This document shows, in pieces, positions 49,707 to 57,129 of a stretch of 64,000 bases of DNA (positions are counted from its first letter, which is position 1; each line of letters begins with the position of its first letter). Origin of the DNA: Octopus bimaculoides (Eukaryota); the NCBI RefSeq assembly GCF_001194135.2, contig NC_068990.1, forward strand, positions 44,895,743 through 44,959,742, read 5' to 3'. Made by a program: the position numbers and the translations under genes. A model generated the notes under the pieces. It ran no database searches, had not been told where the DNA came from, and saw nothing but the letters and a program-made list of their open reading frames with translations.

Positions 49707-52573
49707 TTGCTCGTTGAGTACTTCATATAGACTGCATTATGAATAAACATTGTTTGGGTTTTTCGACTAAAAATATCCCCATACCTTCAAGGTACATATA
49801 TATGTACCACCGAGTTTATCAACAGGCTAAGATGGCATGCCTTCTTTGATTTGAAAAATAACAGAAAGGATAGTAATAATAGGAATGGAATTAAATCTTA
49901 AGGTGGGAAAAACAACTATAACGTCAAAACTTATAGAAATCCACCATCCAACCCAGTTCTTGTGAATTTTGAAAATGAGCTTATGAGTATGATTTAACGG
50001 CTGAAGTTTTCCAGATACACAAATCCTTTCCACAAACTCCTGTCTGAGAAAGTCTCTACAATGAAATCATCTCCAGATTTGCACATCCTATCTGATAAGA
50101 CCAGGAATATTTATTCTGTACCGCCGAGTTTTTATAATGACTTGATCCTGAAAGAGCTTAATTCTGGATATAAACATGCAAGCAAAACTGCTTTGGATGA
50201 GATTAATGACACTCATCTAGATATCATCTCTAGTTTGGGCCTACTTGATAGAACTCAACCTTATGCTCCAAAAACTCCCCATTGTCTCTTGAAGGACCAT
50301 AAGTCTGATTTTTTATCAAATCCTTCAATTAGATTAATCTGCCCAACCAAGTCTGATTTGGGCAGAATTAGTAAATATATTATACATCAGATTATTCCCG
50401 TTGTGAGGGATAAGGTTCAGCTACCCCTATGAAACTTTACTGTGGACGTTATCTTATGATTTGACTCCTTTACTGATAAGCCAAATTTAGACTTTATCCA
50501 ATTTGATATCTCAAATTATTACAATTCCATATCCCCTGTATTGCTAAATAAGGCTTTGATTTTCGCTCAGAAATTTGCGAATATCTCTAGTTTGGATGTT
50601 GATGTAATTTTAGCAGCAAGGGAGACTCTCATCTCCTACAACGAGCGTAATTGGCAGAGGGCTGCAGAATCTCTAACGTGTCCACAAGTAAAGAGATTTT
50701 TGATCAACATGCACCAGTATACAACAACGCTCTAAAATCAAGTGGCTTCAAAACTAAAATCTCATATATACCTAACGCGAAATTTAAGAACAAAATGGCT
50801 GGTCTACCGCCTGACCATGTCACGGAAAGTCGAGAGAAATGTAATGCATTTTTTATTGCAACCAATATAAGCCATCAGTTACATATGTATATAAAGATGT
50901 TAGGAATAGATACTGGAAGCAAAATAGTGGCAGTGAGGAGATGAGTAAGACCAAGAGCTCACATTCTAGAATAAGGGAAGTCATATGGTTTGCACCCACT
51001 TTTTCTCTTAGGATAAGAAATTTGCCCAAATTGTTTTTTAAGATTCTGAAGGAGAACTTCCCTAAGAATCATAAATACTACAGCATCTGTAAATAAATCC
51101 TCCATCAAATTTTCTTACTCAATAATGCCAAATTTGGCCTCCATTATTGCTTCTATTAATAGAAACAAATTAAATGGGCGAGTCCACTGGAAGTATTCCT
51201 CTGTTGGTAACCCTGGTATTGGGCATGTAAGTTCTAATAAGCCTAAGGTTAGTATTACAAACCATTTACTTCCACTGGCCTTATCAACCCCCCGTAATGA
51301 GATATCTGAAAAAAAGAATGTGGGAAGCCAGATAAGTAATGTTAGTATTAGTAATAGGGATATGGGTGGTTCTGGTAAATCTTGTAACTGTAGAAACCCT
51401 ACATTATGTCCCCTTAACGGATTCTGTCTGACTACTAATGCCATATATAAATGCGTTGTTAAAGAGGAGGGTAATTTGGATAGGTTTTACATAGGCAGTA
51501 CTGTCAATTTTAAGGCTAGGTATAGAGCCCACATGAATTCGTTTTTGAATTTAAAATATTGTAACTACACTACACTTGCCTCTTATATACATGGTTCAAA
51601 GAGGAATAAAAAGAGTTATTCTCTTGAAAGGTCTGTTATCTCGAGGGCCCCTTATTTTAGAGTTAATAACAAGTGTAAGTTGTGTGTAAGGGGCCTAAAA
51701 CATTACATAAATTTACAGAGGTGATCCCTTTTTACAACCATAAGTTTTCTTCTATTTTTCTGAACATATATAGAAGTAAAATTAGATGTGGTAAAAAATA
51801 TTTAGTTTTACAGGGTTTTGAAACTGGATAGTTAAAATTCCTATTATTAGCAGTCACTTGCACGTTTAGCAATGAGATATTTTTTTTTTCTTTTGTTAGA
51901 AAATTTCGACTGGTCTTGTGATGGATTATTATCTTTAAGTTAGTTAGCCATGCGGCGTTGTAACTCCCGTGAACGAATAATTTGAGATTCCTGTTCATCC
52001 TGATGAGGGGGTCATTGCCGAGATGCACCTTAACTCGTAATCGAACCACGGCAATGAACTCCTGAAATGGCCATAGATGTGTTTGACTTGATTTTGTGGA
52101 ACTCTTTTACACTCCTGGACTCCAACCTACCATGGTTTTTATGAAATGAACTTTTTTGACATATATTTTTTTGTTTGAGGGGAGTAAGAAAAATCTTTTT
52201 AGTCAATTGATACTTTATTTTATTTAGATTTTTAGTTGCATGACACGCTTTAGAATTTTTAGTCAACCATATATACCTTCTTAAAAGGCTGTTTTATATA
52301 TCTGTATTTTTATTTGCATATATATTTTTTATCTTCCATATTTTTTATATATATGTATTCTTTATATGTTGAAAGGCCATGGTAATATTTATATATGATC
52401 AAATGTTTGGAGGCATGGTGTTATGTATGAAGTTGTTGACTCGAATTTGAGGTTTGTTCTCTGATCAATGTTTTTTCATCCCTGTCTCAATTACATTTGA
52501 GCACTTCTTTTTTGCAGTCTTATAAACTCTTTTGTCACCATAAAAAGAGGCAAAAATTACCTCGTCATATATG

Positions 52574-52611
<38 letters not shown>

Positions 52612-53919
52612 CACACACACACATACATATGTCACCAGTTCATTCAACATTTAATTGAGAAGATATATATATATTGAAATAAAGAAGGGACGGTCACAAC
52701 TGGGACGTATTTGAACATAGGTTTGTTCAATCAGGGCTGATCTGGGAGTAAACAATATTAACAATCTTGTGGCATTTGGTTGCATCTTTTTACTTCCAGA
52801 TTGACATAATCGACTATAAAAACTCTTGAAAAATTGCCGTGCATAAAAGAATGAAAGAACAACTAAAGCGTTAATATTGTGAAAGAACCTAAACTGGTTC
52901 TCTATCACCTATTACAGATATTGTTTACAATTAGGAGAGGAAGGAGACTGTGACAATATGGAAACATCGAGAGATACTTGAACAAGAGATGTCGTCTAGA
53001 ATGTTATCTTTTAGTTCCGATCGAGCAAATCTAGAGTCAAAAGCATTCAAGGTATAATCAACCGTTATAATTAGTATATCTCGGGTTATTCAATGTTCTT
53101 CCAGTTCTAAAGATAGTATGGTAGTATTGTGCGATTCGAAGATTTGACTGGTATTTCAGTAAATTTATAGTTTCACACCAGACTCGATTTCGGTAGTAGA
53201 TAATTTTTTCCCCGCAGTTTTCGGGGGGGGGGCACTTTTTTCCGCAGAAAACGGAGAGGGTGGGGGTATTTCTAACGGGTTGAATAAATACGACGTAGAG
53301 TTGACCTCTTATCAGAATAAAAGACAATCCTAATACCCCAGACATTAATGATACTCCCAGCAATGAGGGTGTTCGCTTTTTTTTTTTTTTTTCCCCTCGA
53401 AATACTTTTAATCACGACTATTTCTGACATGTGTAGGGTTTAGTCGATTAAACGAATATTATTGATAATCGCATTAGGTGGGCGTACCTACATGTGCACA
53501 CTTGCTTCTATGTCATTAAATGAAGGAACAAACTGTGAAAAGTTACTAAGGCGAAGAACGATGATGGCGCTGAACACGTGTCTAAAAGTCGAGGATCAGG
53601 AAATCATCTAAAATGATAAACTATCAACAAACTATAACAGATCTTTATTAGAAAGTGAAATATGAGTAAATGAAATGTTTATTTGAAAGTAAATTAAGAT
53701 TATATAAATATGAAAGTTCAAAAAAAAAAATAACACATTCGTGTACGAGGAAGAATTTTTGGTAGAAGATACGTCTAAAGCTGCAATACTATAAACAGAT
53801 TAACAACATAGAGAATTACATATGTATATTAACTAACATATTAAATTAGAGAGATAAATAAAATTCAATTAAAGTATGAGAACGGGTGTAAAATGATATT
53901 AAATAAGTTTACTTACCAT
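28536..53919 (-). CDS. LTV1: LTV1 ribosome biogenesis factor (pre-40S maturation), 11 coding exons, 439 aa: join(53919-53917, 49512-49384, 47446-47297, 45894-45795, 44889-44772, 41853-41640, 39188-39061, 37396-37272, 34919-34867, 31859-31674, 28649-28536)
   Basis: Hand-spliced exons sum to 1320 nt with matching phases and GT-AG ends. The translation contains LTV1 hallmark blocks recognised from the human protein: KKNAVTFHLVHRSQQDP, EQRKYGVYFEDDYNYLQHLKE, VGLLNKAAP, DPDIVAALD, EEETKSHFTNYSMTSSV, EQYEDTEIGALD, EKWDCESILSTYSNLYNHP, KNESKEDKRERK, ERRIEKK. Confidence 0.96.
28780..29400 (-). mobile_element. RT fragment of the same RTE-clade LINE family, in LTV1 intron 10
   Basis: Minus strand: LQEKYLAKDKPLYLAFVDMERAFDRVP...GVHQG...ELLYADD (29036-29025)...GLRVNLTKTK...SGRW.CS.CRKG. 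Confidence 0.92.
29410..29978 (+). mobile_element. 3' end of the RTE-clade LINE (ORF tail GRGRPRKT, 3' UTR, (GAT)n), opposite orientation to the adjacent RT fragment
   Basis: Colinear with 55720-56352; tail gatgatgatgatgat ends at 29978. Confidence 0.9.
29979..30268 (-). mobile_element. LINE-3'-end / SINE copy (family A, (GAT)n tail), tail-to-tail with 29410-29978
   Basis: Reverse complement of ggtggcacgtaaaagcaccc...ggacgttaaacgatgatg. Confidence 0.9.
30589..30750 (-). mobile_element. Short (TA)n-adjacent repeat, probably a PLE terminal remnant, carrying a minimal hammerhead-like motif at 30712-30677
   Basis: Minus strand: CTTT CTGTTGA A GAGT-ATAG-GCTC GAA ACGT A AAAG. A related, more decayed copy lies at 62115-62225. 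Confidence 0.55.
31201..31588 (+). mobile_element. Intact tRNA-headed SINE, family 1, with 11-bp target-site duplication ATATTAGCAAG (31190-31200, 31589-31599)
   Basis: A/B boxes, (CAA)n tail, exact flanking direct repeat. Confidence 0.93.
31674..31859 (-). CDS. LTV1: LTV1 exon 10 (186 nt) ERKIKLNKMGIPEEVF...KNESKEDKRERKTTIKAQRK
   Basis: ctattcag| acceptor, |gtaagt donor, GIP and KNESKEDKR motifs. Confidence 0.95.
34867..34919 (-). CDS. LTV1: LTV1 exon 9 (53 nt) STYSNLYNHPKLILEPKK
   Basis: atgcag| acceptor, |gtaaat donor, STYSNLYNHP motif. Confidence 0.95.
35069..36297 (+). mobile_element. Second copy of the mellifera-like mariner, 1229 bp, in LTV1 intron 8
   Basis: TA-flanked TIRs ttgggtcatccca..., colinear with 18098-19371. 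ATG 35252, HQDNARPH, and a ~50-bp internal deletion removing the HPPYSPD region. Confidence 0.95.
37272..37396 (-). CDS. LTV1: LTV1 exon 8 (125 nt) NLDEVLK...EEKTEKWDCESIL
   Basis: ttttcag| acceptor, |gtaagt donor, EKWDCESI motif. Confidence 0.95.
39061..39188 (-). CDS. LTV1: LTV1 exon 7 (128 nt) FFEQYEDTEIGALDMDDIEG...ESKMP
   Basis: ttttcag| acceptor, |gtaagt donor, EQY.D.EIGALD motif. Confidence 0.95.
39671..39957 (+). mobile_element. Family A copy, LTV1 intron 6
   Basis: Same body and GAT tail as the 56.0-56.35-kb LINE end. Confidence 0.9.
41640..41853 (-). CDS. LTV1: LTV1 exon 6 (214 nt), acidic Ser/Asp tract then EEETKSHFTNYSMTSSVVPRSEALKDIDDQFEK
   Basis: tattaaag| acceptor, |gtaagt donor, conserved ETKS.FT.YSMTSSV motif. 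Confidence 0.94.
42309..42555 (+). mobile_element. Family A copy, LTV1 intron 5
   Basis: Same body and (GAT)6 tail. Confidence 0.9.
42940..43202 (+). mobile_element. Partial TTAA-ended non-autonomous element; related piece at 28240-28325
   Basis: Shared ...gataatgcatga...tgtgaataaa...acatttgacagagtaatctgaatgct. Ends gaagag|ttaa at 43202. Left end not identified. Confidence 0.5.
43495..44688 (+). mobile_element. piggyBac 3' half: transposase C-terminus (ORF 43540-44022) with Cys-rich domain and 3' TIR, in LTV1 intron 5
   Basis: DYNRYMGSVDQLNQ..HY....NKWW..., NAFIL, and the Cys-rich tail QCHEY...CAFCKVAVCRVGCFTSFH. Ends ...ggaacaaaaGGG|TTAA at 44688-44692. Confidence 0.9.
44772..44889 (-). 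CDS. LTV1: LTV1 exon 5 (118 nt) GPKVDWDPDIVAALDEDYNFEDPECVLDDDFMMMANKKD
   Basis: ttgcag| acceptor, AG|gtgtgt donor (weak consensus), DPDIVAALD and DDF..AN motifs. Confidence 0.94.
45795..45894 (-). CDS. LTV1: LTV1 exon 4 (100 nt) KTAPDVKLHLPSTVFSSGVETKVGLLNKAAPQS
   Basis: ttatag| acceptor, |gtaaaa donor, LPS.VF and VGLLNKAAP motifs, ends in phase 1. Confidence 0.94.
46943..47153 (+). mobile_element. TTAA-flanked piggyBac-type MITE (211 bp), LTV1 intron 3
   Basis: TTAA|CCCTTTTGTT...AACAAAAGGG|TTAA. Confidence 0.85.
47297..47446 (-). CDS. LTV1: LTV1 exon 3 (150 nt) NKKEQQLEEQRKYGVYFEDDYNYLQHLKEANE...SSEPY
   Basis: gtatag| acceptor, |gtgagt donor, EQRKYGV.F.DDY.YLQHLKE motif. Confidence 0.96.
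47754..48067. repeat. 18-bp minisatellite (ACTGTGGAACTAGCAC[G/A]A)n, about 17 units around a 10-N gap, LTV1 intron 2
   Basis: Direct reading; only a G/A variant position differs between most units. Confidence 0.97.
48403..48609 (-). mobile_element. Family A copy, LTV1 intron 2
   Basis: Reverse complement, nearly identical to 42365-42555. Confidence 0.9.
49384..49512 (-). CDS. LTV1: LTV1 exon 2 (129 nt) PRRKTKFIDKKNAVTFHLVHRSQQDPMLVSEDASHFVLLPSGR
   Basis: tctttttag| acceptor, |gtaagt donor, conserved N-terminal LTV1 motif. Confidence 0.96.
49750..52290 (+). mobile_element. Penelope-like retroelement (PLE): RT remnant with internal deletion + GIY-YIG endonuclease, in LTV1 intron 1 (antisense to LTV1)
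   Basis: Translated blocks KNIPIP, FINRLRW, DKTRNIY, LLKDHKSDF, SIRLICPTKSDLGRISK, FIQFDISNYY (PLE-type RT N-half), VIWFAP, MPNL, CNCRN..CPLNG, AIYKC (51443) ...FYIGST (51488), KCKLC. Several stops and frameshifts. Boundaries are approximate. Confidence 0.9.
51996..52079 (+). ncRNA. Type I hammerhead ribozyme (PLE-associated, dimer-type palindromic stem III)
   Basis: CATC (stem I 5') - CTGATGA (52000-52006) - stem II GGGGGTCATTGCCG / CGGCAATGA(A)CTCCT - GAAA (52064-52067) - stem III palindrome ATGGCCAT - cleavage triplet AUA (cut after 52075) - GATG (stem I 3'). Confidence 0.85.
53917..53919 (-). CDS. LTV1: LTV1 exon 1 coding part (start codon only)
   Basis: Minus strand reads ...tttacccaaacATG|gtaagt. 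Exon 2 starts in phase 0 with CCT (Pro), giving M-P-R-R-K as in orthologues (M-P-H-R-K). This is the best ATG|GT candidate upstream of exon 2. Confidence 0.72.
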
Positions 53920-54200
53920 GTTTGGGTAAAGCTAAGATCAACAACGTGCTGGAAAAGCAACTAATTGTATCTCATTTCTAGAGATCTGATCGTGTGACTT
54001 ACCTCCCTTTATTTAGTTCTGTGTGGATAGATTCATTAGTTTTATGAATAAATTAACTGTTAAGAATTCCAATGTAAAAATTAATGGTCAGACATTAAAC
54101 TCACTAATCTGTGACAGTAAATAGCAACAGACTCGCTGTCAGAACACAAACCACGTACCCATCGCATACAGGTCGACCGGGTTAACGTTTCTATCTCAAA
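53920..54200 (-). promoter_or_regulatory. LTV1 5' UTR / proximal promoter region, possibly with a 54-nt 5'-UTR intron (54002-53949)
   Basis: Unique, repeat-free sequence directly upstream of the ATG exon, containing GAG|GTAAGT...ttttccAG on the minus strand. Confidence 0.4.
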
Positions 54201-54456
54201 TTAGTACTTATTTTGCACATAGAGAATTAGAAAAAAAAATTTGAATGTAAAAGGAATGTTTGAGGCGTTTTGCAATTTAGCCCTTAGTCCTATGTAATAC
54301 ATGTGTGTGTGTGTGTTTTAACAAGAATTGGCAGACGTCATACAGTGTCTCGAGGGCCAAGAGTTTCATGCATTGTAACTTAAATACTAAATATATAGTA
54401 TATACAACAAATGTTGCAATTTGTCATGCTTTTGTTATGCCTCCTTCAGCTGCTAC

Positions 54457-54492
<36 letters not shown>

Positions 54493-54528
54493 TACACACA
54501 CACACATAAAATCTTCAACATTTAATGT

Positions 54529-56352
54529 CTAGCTAAAGATAAACCCCTATACTTAGCTTTTGTGGACTTGGAGAAAGTCTTTGACAAGGTCCCCCAATCC
54601 CTTATCTGGTGGGCAATGCGGAAACTGGAGATTGATGAATGGTTAATAAGGGCTATACAGAGAGGCTGTTAGTAAGGTTAGGATTGGCAATGAGTATAGT
54701 GAAGAATTCCAGGTAGAAGTAGTCCTCCGGGCAATAACAGAGGAATTCAAGACGGGTTGATCCTGAGAGCTCCTCTACGCTGATGACCTGGCCCTCATAG
54801 CAGAATCACTACCGGAACTAGAAAAGAAATTCCGGGTGTGGAAGTAAGGCTTAGAATCAAAAGGCCTTAGAGTCAATGTAGCAAAGACCAAAGTTCTAAT
54901 AAGTAGGAAGGCGAACTCATCACACACCCCCTCAGGTAGGTGGCCCTGCTCGATCTGTAGAAAAGGTGTAAGTAGAAACTCTATAAGATGTATCCAGTGT
55001 AAGCTATGGACACAAGAGGTGCAGCAACATCAAAGGATTAACCGAGAAGATAGCTTTCGTGTGCAGCAGATGCACAGGGGCAATANNNNNNNNNNNNNNN
55101 NNNNNNNNNNNNNNNNNNNNNNNNNNNNNNNNNNNNNNNNNNNNNNNNNNNNNNNNNNNNNNNNNNNNNNNNNNNNNNNNNNNNNNNNNNNNNNNNNNNN
55201 NNNNNNNNNNNNNNNNNNNNNNNNNNNNNNNNNNNNNNNNNNNNNNNNNNNNNNNNNNNNNNNNNNNNNNNNNNNNNNNNNNNNNNNNNNNNNNNNNNNN
55301 NNNNNNNNNNNNNNNNNNNNNNNNNNNNNNNNNNNNNNNNNNNNNNNNNNNNNNNNNNNNNNNNNNNNNNNNNNNNNNNNNNNNNNNNNNNNNNNNNNNN
55401 NNNNNNNNNNNNNNNNNNNCAGAGTGAAAGGTAGATTGTATGATGCATGTGTGCAAACTGCCATGCTTCACAGCAGTGAAACATGGGCCGTGACTGCGGA
55501 GGACATGCATAGGCTCGAAAGAAATGGAGCTAGCATGATCCACTGGATATGTAATGTCAGTGTGCACACACGACAGAGTGTAAGCGCCCTGAGAGAAATG
55601 CTTGACATAAGAAGCATTGGATGTGGCGTGCAAGAGAGACGTATGCGCTGGTACGGTCATGTACTACGGATGGGTGAGGAAAGATGTCTGAAGAAGTGCC
55701 ATTCCCAAACAGTTGAAGGAATCCGGTATAGAGGTAGACCCAGGAAAACATAGGATGAGGTTGTGAAACACGCCCTTAGAACATTGGGCCTCACAGAGGC
55801 AATGACGAAAGACCAAGAGCTCTGGAGATAAGCTGTGACCGTGAAGACTCGATAAATAAAGTGAGTTCATGGCTGTATCCTACACCAATTTTGCATAACC
55901 AGCCCCAGCCCATTCAAAAGTACCTTGGATCGTAGGACGACCTGCTGTGCTTACCTTGGATCATAGGGCAACCTGCTGTGCTTGAGGAGACCTATTGAGT
56001 CAAGTACATCAACATCAAAATAAAAATCAAATGGAAATTGTAGTTGTGATACCTGTGCTGGTGGAATGTAAAAAGCACCATCCGAACATGGCCGATGCCA
56101 GCGCTGCCTTGACTGGCTTCCGTGCCGGTGGCACGTAAAATGTACCAACTGATCGTGGCCGTTGCCAGCCTTCTCTAGTCACTGTGCCAGTGGCACGTAA
56201 AAAGCACCCACTACACTCACGGAGTGGTTGGTGTTAGGAAGAGCATCCGGCTGTAGAAACACTGCCAGATCAGACTGGAGCCTGGTGGAGCCTGGTGCAG
56301 CCATCCAACCCATACTAGCATGGAAAACGGACGTTAAACAGTGATGATGATG
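54529..56352 (+). mobile_element. 5'-truncated RTE-clade LINE (RT domain, C-terminus, 3' UTR, (GAT)n tail)
   Basis: LAKDKPLYLAFVDLEKVFD, LLYADD (54776-54787), GLRVNVAKTK, Cys-rich block, SETW, RWYGHVLR, RGRPRKT. Stops and small deletions; interrupted by an N gap at 55086-55419. Confidence 0.93.
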
Positions 56353-56616
56353 TATGGGTTGAATGATTCAAAAAGAATGGACAAGCCAGATGATTGTGCC
56401 AAGGCCCATTGTCTGCACTGGCATGGTTTCTAAAGCTGGATGCCCTTCCTAACACCAACCATTTTACAGAAAGTATTAGGTGCTTTTTTCATGGCACCAG
56501 CACAAGTAACTTACAAGACAAGACGCCATCAATTGAGGGAGGTGGTTTTATGCCAGGTGTGGAAAGGTTAAAGTATGGCACAGGGACAAAAATAGATGTC
56601 TTGGTGTAGAAAAGAT

Positions 56617-57129
56617 ATATGGTTACCCCAAATCTTCAGTGATAATGGTCTGAACTGAGCCGTAAGTAATTTGCACATCCTCTGATAACACATGAATAGT
56701 GATTCAACGATCCCCCCCCCCCACAGCTGCATGCACATCTGCAATGTTTTTCTCTGTTCTGTTGGTTGCGGGTCTCTCAGAATGTTCGTCAATATCGACA
56801 TTTTCTCAGCCATCTTGGAAACATCTGAACCACTTGTACACTTGTGTGCAACTCATACACTCCTCTCTATACACATTCTGCAACTTTGTGTAGGCCTCTG
56901 AGCAGGTATCATCATAACAGCTTTCTCTGTCATGGTCAATGCGATGATCACATGCTACACAACTTCCTTCCGAGCACTGTTGTAAAAAGCAGAAGTGAGC
57001 TAGAATATTAAAACTTAGTGCGCATGCACAACAGAGTTTAAGGTCAATCTGTGTCAAGTAGCTTCAACCTGTGTGCTTTAGCTTCATTACTATGGGAATA
57101 GTCCGGATACCTATTGATCAGACCTCTCG
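56617..57129 (-). mobile_element. 5' fragment of a third mariner family (TIR + HTH region)
   Basis: TA|cgagaggtctgatcaataggtatccggact TIR at 57129. Translation SEAYTKLQNVYREECMSCTQVYKWFRCFQDG*ENVDIDEHSERP...RITI matches the mariner DNA-binding domain. The 3' part is missing. Confidence 0.85.

Noticed and set aside
52127-52133. Alternative ATG|gtaggt as LTV1 first exon
   Set aside because: Lies inside the PLE 3' region and has a weaker donor than 53917.
53204-53266. Paired ccgcag....cgg mini-hairpins with G-runs (G-quadruplex-like)
   Set aside because: Stems are only 3 bp, single occurrence, no boundaries or supporting context.
28650-53916. Intronic C/D or H/ACA snoRNAs in LTV1
   Set aside because: No convincing box C/D pair with terminal stem, or hairpin-H-hairpin-ACA, found by eye on the sense strand; an Infernal/snoscan run would be needed to exclude them.
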